A DNA stretch of 44,305 nucleotides from contig JBGSUI010000015.1 of assembly GCA_041736175.1 (NCBI GenBank), positions 1-44,305 on the forward strand, written 5' to 3'. Made by a program: the position numbers and the translations under genes. Shown here piece after piece: positions 9,375 through 18,120 of this stretch (position 1 is its first letter; every line of letters begins with the position of its first letter). The notes under the pieces are model-generated. The model saw only the letters and a list, made by a program, of their open reading frames with translations, had not been told where the DNA came from and made no database searches. This DNA comes from Oligoflexales bacterium. Lineage in GTDB: Bacteria; Bdellovibrionota_B; Oligoflexia; Oligoflexales; CAIYRB01.

Positions 9375-10520
9375 TCAAAGTTCATAGCCTACAAAGACGC
9401 CAAAGCCGCTTTCGCGATTTGTATGGCTCTTTTTTCGGTACTTTCTTTGGTAATCGTAAACAAGCCAGTTATTCCAATACCCGATTTTAAAGTCACGATA
9501 AAACTGGTTGACAAAAAGCGATAGCGTAAGGGTATCTGAAGGTGCGACAAGCAGCGGCGGCTCGTACATAGAGTCCTGGGGTAGCTTCATCGTGGCGTAG
9601 TAGCCAAGTTCATCGTTAGAATTCTTGAGGATATAACGGGCCCGACCTTCGATATCGATATTGAAAAATTTTTTTAAGTTCAGGGTCATAAATGCAAAGC
9701 GAACCGAACCCTCGCCAGAAATCTTGCTCTCACGGGACTCCTGGGCATAGGCGAGTCCGGGACCGATATCCAAGTCAATGCCTAATTTTTTAAGATTGAA
9801 TTCACTGTGAGGCCATGAAATCAATTCGACACTGGTCGGGTCTGAGAAAACCTCACTGTAAATATGCCGGTAAATGGTATCAAAGTGCAAACCCATCCAG
9901 TTGTATACTCTTAGACCAGTGGTGCCTTTAGCAACGATCGCTTGGATCAGCGGCACTTCTTCGAGTCTATAGGAAAGACCTCCGCGAGACACGTTGGCGA
10001 GGATCCTAAAAGATTTATAATAAAAACTGAGCTGCGTCTCAGCGTAGCCGCGAAAAAAGCCCAAGCTATTAGAGCTAGACCCTCGTCCCTCTTTTTCCAC
10101 CAACAATGTTTTGATCCGCCCTTCTGCGGCTGCAAGAGACAGGCTTAAAGAAAGGAGCGAATGGTTTTTGCGTCTGAACCCAATATTTCGCAAGGACGCC
10201 AATAAACCCAACTCCTGGCCCGAAGAAGAAGCTAGCTCGGCGATAGTTCCCGTATTGGTCAACCGATAGGAAGCTAATGGCGCAAAATGATAATCAAAGG
10301 CCGGACGGTGGAAATGGGGCCACTTGGACCTTTCGGTAGCGGTAGGTATCTGCTCTTCTGGTGGACCCTGTGTTGTGGGCATAGGTGTACTCCCAGAGGG
10401 GACCTGTATGACATCAGCAAATGCTATGGAGCCGAGTAAAATTGAGGAAGGAAGTAGGATGGTCTTCATGAAAAGGTTGGAGATTCTTTGACAACACCAC
10501 AGACGTGCCAGAACAACCAT
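9375..10520 (-). CDS. Hypothetical exported protein, probable outer-membrane beta-barrel
   Basis: Signal peptide from likely start 10469 (MKTILL...AFA); amphipathic strands; C-terminal GFGVFVGYEL. Confidence 0.6.
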   Translation of the reverse strand: MVVLARLWCCQRISNLFMKTILLPSSILLGSIAFADVIQVPSGSTPMPTTQGPPEEQIPTATERSKWPHFHRPAFDYHFAPLASYRLTNTGTIAELASSSGQELGLLASLRNIGFRRKNHSLLSLSLSLAAAEGRIKTLLVEKEGRGSSSNSLGFFRGYAETQLSFYYKSFRILANVSRGGLSYRLEEVPLIQAIVAKGTTGLRVYNWMGLHFDTIYRHIYSEVFSDPTSVELISWPHSEFNLKKLGIDLDIGPGLAYAQESRESKISGEGSVRFAFMTLNLKKFFNIDIEGRARYILKNSNDELGYYATMKLPQDSMYEPPLLVAPSDTLTLSLFVNQFYRDFKIGYWNNWLVYDYQRKYRKKSHTNRESGFGVFVGYEL

Positions 10521-10621
10521 GAGGACGCTCCATCTAAAGGCTCAGGAAATCCATTTATCGTCTCGTGACCCGTGTCAGGAGTCAAGATGCGGATCCCTGC
10601 CTCGTGGCTGTCAGTGTATGC

Positions 10622-11518
10622 CTACTGCGCTCCTGGCACAAAATCCCTGCGGACTTTTGCGTCAAAGTGAAGATGACAACTATTGCAATTTCCTAAACCT
10701 AGTAAGGTAATACCCTGTGAATTCTGGTGTTCATTCAAACCCTGATTAAAATGACAGGGTAAACAGATACCAGGGTTGGGTGTCGAGTGGGTATACAAAA
10801 ACTTTGGAGCCCCTTCTTTTTTAGTTTGATGGCATGAAACACAGTCTTTTCCCCGGTAGTGGCCCCCTCCAAGACTTGCTGCGTCATTGGGATCAAACCC
10901 TTGGGGCGGGCCTTGGTTGGGATAGCTGCGAAGCCCTGCGGTTTGTGGCCTTGGGTGACAGGATTCGCAGGTAGGGGGTTTCGGATCATGGAGAAAGTTG
11001 CCCCCTTTAAAGGATGGAAATTGGTGGCAAAGGCTACAGTCATTCTTCGGATAATGGGTCAGTGATGGTCGCTTCTTTTCGTGGCATCCGGCACACTCGG
11101 CTGGCTTATTTTGATGGATTTGCAAGATTGGATCTGGCTGTGGGCTTGGAGTGGGTGGTGGCACATTTTCACTGGGTGGGACGGGAGCTTCGTCGGACAC
11201 TGGCACAGGTGCAGGGACTGGTGCCGTGCTTGGTTCCTCATGGGGACTAGGAGAGGATGGATCCTGTTTTTTTTCAGGATTCTCCGGGTTTGAGTGGGAC
11301 TGGTCCGTATTCGTTGGATGATGTTTCTTTGCTGCTTGCCGCTGAGCTAAGGCTTCTAGAGTTTTCGGATCATCGACAGGATCAGACGGGGCGGGTTTTT
11401 CGGATGATTTGGCCGGCTTTTCTGTCGAGCAACCTCCTAAAAAAAGATTTAGGGAAAAGATCGCTGAAGTAAACCAAAAAATGCAAAAAACTACTTGTTT
11501 GATAAACACTTTTCCCAT
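10622..11518 (-). CDS. Hexaheme cytochrome c lipoprotein
   Basis: LGGC lipobox, Pro/Ser-rich linker, and six CXXCH motifs (CAGCH, CSLCH, CESCH, CVSCH, CLPCH, CNSCH). The ORF is open to 11557. Confidence 0.85.
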   Translation of the reverse strand: MGKVFIKQVVFCIFWFTSAIFSLNLFLGGCSTEKPAKSSEKPAPSDPVDDPKTLEALAQRQAAKKHHPTNTDQSHSNPENPEKKQDPSSPSPHEEPSTAPVPAPVPVSDEAPVPPSENVPPPTPSPQPDPILQIHQNKPAECAGCHEKKRPSLTHYPKNDCSLCHQFPSFKGGNFLHDPKPPTCESCHPRPQTAGLRSYPNQGPPQGFDPNDAASLGGGHYRGKDCVSCHQTKKEGAPKFLYTHSTPNPGICLPCHFNQGLNEHQNSQGITLLGLGNCNSCHLHFDAKVRRDFVPGAQ

Positions 11519-11675
11519 CCTTTTTTTGAAGTTAAAATCGCCCTCCAATTGAGGCAAGTCGTGTTCGTTTAAAATCTTTTGTTTGTTTAGTTTTTCTTAA
11601 TTTTATATTATTATTGGTATGTTATTGGCTGTATTAAAAACTTGGGCAGATCTCCCAAAAAGGAACCGACTGCCA

Positions 11676-12842
11676 TTAAAGCAAGCGCCGAGGATTTAGG
11701 TTTTTGGCCCTTTCCCAGCAGGTACCTTTGTTTGGTCCTGAAGTGCTTGTGATATAGACCGCTTCGGGCACCTCCTGCCAATGTCCTAAATCAGGGCGTA
11801 AAGTAGCGTCCACCACGTCATCAGATTGTGATATGATCGCGACACCCCCTTCGATGGAAACACGACAAAGTGAATTTAAAGAATCGTGACTAGCCGAAAG
11901 GGCACACCCACCCACCATCACCCCGGCGCCGGTAACCGCCGTTGTGATGCCATAGGCCACTCCCACCGGCAGACGGATCCAACTCTTGGCGTTGACCAGG
12001 GGATGGTAACGATGGTGATGGCGGACAGCGATTTTTTCGAACCAACTGGTCGTCGGCATGAGCAAGCCATACGGGTCGATACAGGACTTAGGAAATCTGC
12101 GGGTGGGACGGATGGTGAAGTAGCCGTCTTTGTTGTTTAGAAACTTCATGGACCAGTCTAGGTCAGGAAACCGACCGAGTGCATAGATCTGCCACTGGGG
12201 GTTTGGTTTCTTCCTATCAAGCTCGGCCACTCGGGATCTGGCAAAGCCGCGGATCTCAGGTGTCACCTTTGGCTGACGGCTTAACCACAGCCAAAAGGGA
12301 CGGGAAGAAAATCCATCCCGAGGGTAGTTGTCCCACATATCCGCTTGCAGCAGGGCGTTGACGGGATCTTGTCCATGGTTGTAGAGCAAGGCGGATTCTT
12401 CGCTATAGAAGCGGTTGAGTTCGACAGCTTGGGCTTGTTGGTTTTTTTGCTGCAGGTAGGCCATGGCCAGGATCAGACTTAAATAGCCTCGTTCATAGCT
12501 CTCAAGCACATAGTCTGTGACGGTGCCCTCGGCCAAAAAAACTTCCATAGACTCTTTAATCACCGAATAGGTCTTATGCTTAAAATCCTCCCGCGCCCGT
12601 TGGCCCGCTTGAACGACCTCCCCATAGCAGGCGTTATAGAAGAGTAAACTGATACGATCTAGGGTTTGGATTTCATCATCCCAATTGATCCGCTTATGAA
12701 TATAGTCACACCGTTCCTGGCCTTTCGGTGGCATCTCGTTGAGACTCTCCGTAGTGACGCAGGCCGAAGCCGTGAAGTGACCCAGGTGGATACTCACGAG
12801 GAGACCATTTCTATATAAAATTCTGCGTAGGCTTGGCAGCAT
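11676..12842 (-). CDS. Hypothetical lipoprotein
   Basis: 388-aa ORF with an ASAC lipobox-like site; the VTDYVLESYE...LAMAYL segment resembles COG3014-type lipoproteins. Confidence 0.6.
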   Translation of the reverse strand: MLPSLRRILYRNGLLVSIHLGHFTASACVTTESLNEMPPKGQERCDYIHKRINWDDEIQTLDRISLLFYNACYGEVVQAGQRAREDFKHKTYSVIKESMEVFLAEGTVTDYVLESYERGYLSLILAMAYLQQKNQQAQAVELNRFYSEESALLYNHGQDPVNALLQADMWDNYPRDGFSSRPFWLWLSRQPKVTPEIRGFARSRVAELDRKKPNPQWQIYALGRFPDLDWSMKFLNNKDGYFTIRPTRRFPKSCIDPYGLLMPTTSWFEKIAVRHHHRYHPLVNAKSWIRLPVGVAYGITTAVTGAGVMVGGCALSASHDSLNSLCRVSIEGGVAIISQSDDVVDATLRPDLGHWQEVPEAVYITSTSGPNKGTCWERAKNLNPRRLL

Positions 12843-13058
12843 AGGGAGCCTTCTTTTTGAGGGGCGGATAATATGGGTTAGTTTTTTAAATTAGTCCAAT
12901 ATCCCCTTGGTGTCGACCCCAAGATGTCTCACGATTAGGTGAAACCTTTGATTTCGCCTCACGCCCCTCTCTAAAGGTGTTATAGTAGGGGAATATAGTT
13001 TTTACTGGGACTCTACCCTATCCCGGGTAAGTATCTTTTTAGATAAGGGTTGTGAACC

Positions 13059-13808
13059 ATGTCACCAACGCGATGGGCTGTTCGAGGGGCTATCTTTGTA
13101 AGCTGGTCTTTCCTGATTTTTCTGGGAGCCTCATTTCCCCTAATCACAGGGTTTTCGGCCCCACTGGAGATAAGTCCCGACCAAATCCTCCAGCGAGCCG
13201 ATGAAATCCGCAGTCCATCGGGATCTTTTAAAATGAAGGTGGCCCTAGAATCCCCAGGGGAAGACCCCTACGAATATGAAATCCATATCGGTGGCAAGGA
13301 CACTTCGATGATCAGGTCTTTGGTACCCAAACGAGAGGTGGGAAAAAATTTTTTGATGGTCCAATCTGATATGTGGGCCTATATCCCTAACTTACGACGG
13401 GCTGTGCGGGTCACCTTAAACCAGAAACTCACGGGCCAAGCCGTCAATGGAGATATCGGCCGCATGCGGTGGCACGGGGATTATCAGCCGACGATCGAGA
13501 GCCAAACTGCGGACCATTGGGTGCTTTTTTTAAAGGCTCTTCGCAAGGACCTCACCTATGATCAGATCCGCCTTTGGGTTGCTAAAAAGGACTTTAGGCC
13601 CATTAAGGGTGAATACCTCACCCAAACGGGAAAACCTCTCAAACGAATTTCTTTTAGAGAGTTCCGTCCCATGGCTGGCGAGCTACGTCCCGTAGACATG
13701 CTGATTGAAAACGCGCAAAAATCCGATGAAAAGTCGATTTTGCGGATCCTTGAAATGGAGGCTGCAACTTTTCCGGCCCAACATTTCACCCAGTCTAATC
13801 TACAGTAG
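13059..13808 (+). CDS. Outer-membrane lipoprotein-sorting (LolA-like) protein
   Basis: Signal peptide, QILQRADEIR, GKNFLM...MWAYIP..RRAVRV, TYDQIRLWV and GKPLKRI. Confidence 0.85.
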   Translation: MSPTRWAVRGAIFVSWSFLIFLGASFPLITGFSAPLEISPDQILQRADEIRSPSGSFKMKVALESPGEDPYEYEIHIGGKDTSMIRSLVPKREVGKNFLMVQSDMWAYIPNLRRAVRVTLNQKLTGQAVNGDIGRMRWHGDYQPTIESQTADHWVLFLKALRKDLTYDQIRLWVAKKDFRPIKGEYLTQTGKPLKRISFREFRPMAGELRPVDMLIENAQKSDEKSILRILEMEAATFPAQHFTQSNLQ

Positions 13809-13813
13809 GCGCT

Positions 13814-15148
13814 ATGCATCATGCAGATTTTCGTCCGTCTTTCGTCACAAATTGCATCACAGGTTTCCGTACTTTCTTTCTGATGGTATTAACAGCCACC
13901 CCGATGGTTGGCCGCCCAGGGTTAGCTTTTGGTCAGGAGTCTCATTCCAAAAAGGAGGTCTTTCAAGTAAACCAAAAGACAACCATTTTAAAGGCAGAGA
14001 CGAGCTTTAACACCGACAACGGGGAGTTTTTTAATAATCTTGTAGGTTTTGGTCAAGACTTTGACGGCAGTCTTTTTAAAGACCAAAACGAGTTTCCTTG
14101 GAAACTAAGCTACCGGCTTTGGGCAAACCAAAACTCCCAAAAGCGGTTTAGATCAATAGAAGAAAAAATTCTCGAAAAATTGATCGCGCATATTTCTACG
14201 AGCTGGAGTACCAGCCGTATCACTGTGGGCTACCAGGAGCTCACCTGGGGTGAAAATCTGGTGATGCCGATTCTTGATGTCGTCAATCCCCGGAGCATGA
14301 TCCATCCCTATGGTTATTATGATCCGGCCGCGAAAATACCCCAGTTTTTATGGGTGGTCGAGTGGCCCTTTGACTCGTTTAAATTGGATTTGATCGCCAA
14401 TCCTTTTCCCACTTCGATGCAACACCCTGACCAAGTCGTCGGCTTCAATGTGAAAGAACCAGAATCTCGCCCAAGGGGACTCAAATCTGCCGAGTATGGC
14501 ACTCGCATCACAGTGGTCACCGACGCACTGGAAACAAAATTGTACGCCTATCGCCATGGATCGCGGATCCCAGCCTATACTTTTTTACCCTATTCGAGCG
14601 GAGACTCAGCTGCCCCTGATGTCCAGGCTGATGAGCGCCTGTCCAACACCCTTGGTTTAAGCAGCTCCTATGCCAGCTACCAACTCCTGTTTAGGGGAGA
14701 TCTGGCAGTCCATCAAGACAATCCCGCCACAAATATTGGCACCGAAGTGGAGTCCAGCACGACACGGCAATGGATCTTGGGGTTGTCGACCATCACTATG
14801 GACCAACAATCCTTTGGATTTGAACTCCATGGCGAGACTTGGGACCAAGCCCCCCTCGTCTATAACACCAATGCTCTGGTGGACGCTGATCCAAAGAGCG
14901 CTGCATTTTATTGGGCTGCCCTACTGGCCAATCTCAATTTTTTTAAATCCCGGGTCCAACCCAATCTCGTATACTTCCATGGACTCAATTCCAGCGACAG
15001 TCTGATGCGCATCAACACCTCCTTGGCGGTGGATGACAACTCGACCGTGGTCGTAGAGCTCTTACGAACCAACACTAAGACTTCAAGTCCTAAAATGCTC
15101 CTGTCCCAGCGAGATACCCTCTCCCTGCGGTGGTCCCTTGTGTTTTAG
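13814..15148 (+). CDS. Putative outer-membrane beta-barrel (DUF1302-like partner of LolA-like proteins)
   Basis: ITVGYQELTWG...ILDVVNP motif; terminal LSLRWSLVF beta-signal; starts 5 bp after the LolA-like gene. Confidence 0.7.
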   Translation: MHHADFRPSFVTNCITGFRTFFLMVLTATPMVGRPGLAFGQESHSKKEVFQVNQKTTILKAETSFNTDNGEFFNNLVGFGQDFDGSLFKDQNEFPWKLSYRLWANQNSQKRFRSIEEKILEKLIAHISTSWSTSRITVGYQELTWGENLVMPILDVVNPRSMIHPYGYYDPAAKIPQFLWVVEWPFDSFKLDLIANPFPTSMQHPDQVVGFNVKEPESRPRGLKSAEYGTRITVVTDALETKLYAYRHGSRIPAYTFLPYSSGDSAAPDVQADERLSNTLGLSSSYASYQLLFRGDLAVHQDNPATNIGTEVESSTTRQWILGLSTITMDQQSFGFELHGETWDQAPLVYNTNALVDADPKSAAFYWAALLANLNFFKSRVQPNLVYFHGLNSSDSLMRINTSLAVDDNSTVVVELLRTNTKTSSPKMLLSQRDTLSLRWSLVF

Positions 15149-15234
15149 GGTACGACGATATTTAGGTTTGATCACACCCCCAAATAAGTTAGCATGACTT
15201 ATTCGGTGTAGACCTAAACTTTGGGAACATACCC

Positions 15235-17565
15235 ATGCAGCTATTCTTTAAATCGAAGCTTTTACTCTTGTATGTTGGCAGCTCCCTGCTGGGGGTTCTT
15301 GGGATCACCACCCCAACCCTGTCAGCACCAAAGCCCTTAACACCTAAGACCAACCTTTGGGGAGCCGACGATTCCAAGGTGTCGTCAACCACAGAGAGCT
15401 TTACTTTTGAAAGCCAGGGATGGACCTTTCAATGGGACCAAGCTCTATCCCAGATGCGCGTCCTCGACACTAAGAGCCACAAAAAGCTGTGGGAGTCCCG
15501 CCCAGGAAGGGCCTTTGTGATGGCCCAAAATGCAGATGTGTCCATGTCCCAATGGCGGGGGTCCTTTACCTGGAAACAGCAACAAGGACTTGCCCTATGC
15601 CGCAATCAGACCATCGATTCTATGGAGTGGAAGGAACCTCAGCTTACCTTCGCCGGGGCTCTCACGGGACCCCACTGCAACGTTCGTTATCACGGAGCGT
15701 TTACTATCCTGTCCGATAAAAGAGTGGGACTAGACGTCACCGTAGGCGACCAAGGTTTGCCCGTTGGACACCAAACAAAAATCACGGAGGTGTTCCTAAA
15801 CTTTTCCACCCAACCCCAAGAAAAAATCTTTGGATTTGGTTCCCAATTCACCTACCTGGACTTTAAGGGGCGGATCATACCGGTCCTCTCTACGGAACAA
15901 GGCCATCTTCGCGGGGTTCAGCCCTATACGTTTTTTCTCAATCGAATCTCTCCTGGTGCTGCCGGATATTGGCATACAACCTACTCATCCATGGCCTACT
16001 TTTTAACCAGCGACTACCGCAGCCTGTTTCTAGAAAATACCGAAATGTCCTTTTTTGACTTAACGGTTGCCGATTCTATAGAAATTCGTTTGCGAAGTCG
16101 GAATCTACGGGCACAGATCGTTAAAGCCCAAACCCCACTGGATGCGATCGAAGGCTACACCGAGTATGCGGGGCGCATGCCCACGCCTCCCCGGTGGCTC
16201 CACGAAGGAGCCATCGTCGGTAAGATGGGCGGCTCTGAAAAGGTAAGGAAGCTTTGGCAAAAGCTCCAGGACCTAGGAACCCCCATCGCTGCTTTTTGGC
16301 TCCAAGACTGGGTAGGACTCCGCATCACACCCTTTGGGACCCGCTTGTGGTGGAACTGGCAACTAGACCACAATCTCTATCCCGACTGGCCTCATTTGGT
16401 GACAGATCTTAAACAAAAAAACATTCAAGTCCTTGGCTATGTGAATCCTTTTTTGTCGGATATCACTGGCCGACGTGATTCTCCCCGCAACCTGTTTGCC
16501 GAAGCAAAAGCTCTAGGGTACCTCGTGACCAAACCCGACGGCACTCCCTACGAAATCGATAGTGGCGGGTTTACTGGCACTCTTGTGGACTTGACCCATC
16601 CCGCGGCTTTTCATTGGTATAAAAGCGTTATGAAATCTGAACTCATCGGGCGCGGCATGAAAGGCTGGATGGCAGACTTTGGAGAGGCCCTCCCCTTTGA
16701 CGCGGTGACCCATAGTGGCCTTTCGGGAGCTGCCCTTCACAATGCCTACCCGGTACTTTGGGCTAAACTAAATCGCGAAGTGTTAGAAGAGTCGGGGCTT
16801 ATCCAAGACGGAACAGTCTTTTTGAGGGCTGGTTTTACCCAAAGTCCCAGGTATGCGCCGATGTTTTGGCTCGGCGACCAGATGACCACCTGGGACCAGC
16901 ATGACGGTATCAAATCAGCAGTGACGGGTCTCCTCTCCTCAGGCCTTTCGGGGATGAGTATCAACCACGGCGATATCGGTGGTCTGATTGCCTTTCGCCG
17001 AAAAATCGTCGGTATCCCCCTTATCGATATTTACCGAACCCGCGAACTTTTGCTCCGCTGGATCGAGCTTTCGGCCTTTACCCCCTTCTACCGTACCCAC
17101 GAAGGCAATAGTCCCGAAGCCAGCATCCAGATCGACTCTGCCCCCGATCTCTTAGAAGCTTTTGCCAAATTTGCCAAGATTTATAAATCTATTGCTGATT
17201 ACCGGGAAATCCTCTTTAAAGAAGCCTCGGCCCGAGGCTATCCCCTGGTCAGACATTTATGGCTCCATTATCCGGACGATTCGGAAGCTGCTGCTATCAA
17301 AGACCAGTGGCTCCTGGGCCCCGATATCCTTGTGGCACCGATCCTTGATCCCGTGACCCAACGTCGCAGGGTCTATCTCCCCTCGGGACCCTGGACCCAC
17401 CTTTGGACTGGCCAAACTTTCGACACCCAGAAATTTGGTCCAAACCCAGCAACTGGACAGTGGATTGAGGTAGCAGCCCCCATGGGCCAGCCGCCCGTCT
17501 TTTACAAGCCAGGATCGATGGTTGGGGAGCGTCTCACCAGGACTCTCCAGACCCAACAACAATAA
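15235..17565 (+). CDS. GH31 alpha-glycosidase, sulfoquinovosidase (YihQ)-like, with signal peptide
   Basis: WLQDWVGLRITPFGTRLWWNW, nucleophile WMADFGE, acid/base WLGDQ, RTHEGN; hydrophobic N-terminus. Confidence 0.88.
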   Translation: MQLFFKSKLLLLYVGSSLLGVLGITTPTLSAPKPLTPKTNLWGADDSKVSSTTESFTFESQGWTFQWDQALSQMRVLDTKSHKKLWESRPGRAFVMAQNADVSMSQWRGSFTWKQQQGLALCRNQTIDSMEWKEPQLTFAGALTGPHCNVRYHGAFTILSDKRVGLDVTVGDQGLPVGHQTKITEVFLNFSTQPQEKIFGFGSQFTYLDFKGRIIPVLSTEQGHLRGVQPYTFFLNRISPGAAGYWHTTYSSMAYFLTSDYRSLFLENTEMSFFDLTVADSIEIRLRSRNLRAQIVKAQTPLDAIEGYTEYAGRMPTPPRWLHEGAIVGKMGGSEKVRKLWQKLQDLGTPIAAFWLQDWVGLRITPFGTRLWWNWQLDHNLYPDWPHLVTDLKQKNIQVLGYVNPFLSDITGRRDSPRNLFAEAKALGYLVTKPDGTPYEIDSGGFTGTLVDLTHPAAFHWYKSVMKSELIGRGMKGWMADFGEALPFDAVTHSGLSGAALHNAYPVLWAKLNREVLEESGLIQDGTVFLRAGFTQSPRYAPMFWLGDQMTTWDQHDGIKSAVTGLLSSGLSGMSINHGDIGGLIAFRRKIVGIPLIDIYRTRELLLRWIELSAFTPFYRTHEGNSPEASIQIDSAPDLLEAFAKFAKIYKSIADYREILFKEASARGYPLVRHLWLHYPDDSEAAAIKDQWLLGPDILVAPILDPVTQRRRVYLPSGPWTHLWTGQTFDTQKFGPNPATGQWIEVAAPMGQPPVFYKPGSMVGERLTRTLQTQQQ

Positions 17566-17698
17566 GTGACTAGTAGATACCTAACGGCGTCTAAATGTTA
17601 AACGCCGACTTGATGATTCAACGACCATCAACCGACTGAATTTACAGCTCTCATTCCTAAGGGGTTCCAGGTATAAACTTTGCAGGACTAAATAGACA

Positions 17699-18106
17699 AT
17701 GATTGGGGGTCTCTTAATGCAGTCGCAAAGATCAGATACCTACGGAACCTTTAGAGCTAGAGTGCAATACCGGACCAAAAATCCTATGTCGCCCCAGCAG
17801 CTTATTGTTTGGAACAGAAATCTATTTTTCCGCTCCTGGGAAAGCTGTGCTGGGATTGCTGGGATCGGCTGTGCTCTCGATCAGGCTGGCAAACTTTTTC
17901 ACAAATCCCTCGACCCTAGCATTATGACGATCACAGTCGATAAACTCGGACCAGCGGACCTCCCTAAAAGCCCCTTGTTTATCAACGTGTTTAGCTGGTC
18001 ACGCAAACCAGAAGATGACGATGAGATGATCCGGCTTAAGCTGGGCGAACTCCTCAGCAAAGAACGCCGCCAGATCAAGGATCTGCAGTTTTTAAGAGTC
18101 GCTTAA
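17699..18106 (+). CDS. Hypothetical protein
   Basis: 135-aa ORF filling the gap between the GH31 gene and the convergent trpE. Confidence 0.5.
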   Translation: MIGGLLMQSQRSDTYGTFRARVQYRTKNPMSPQQLIVWNRNLFFRSWESCAGIAGIGCALDQAGKLFHKSLDPSIMTITVDKLGPADLPKSPLFINVFSWSRKPEDDDEMIRLKLGELLSKERRQIKDLQFLRVA

Positions 18107-18120
18107 AGAGATACCAGAAC

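Noticed and set aside
17585..17607. Terminator after the GH31 gene
   Set aside because: Imperfect inverted repeat (CGGCGT...ACGCCG) without a clear U-tract; too weak to call.
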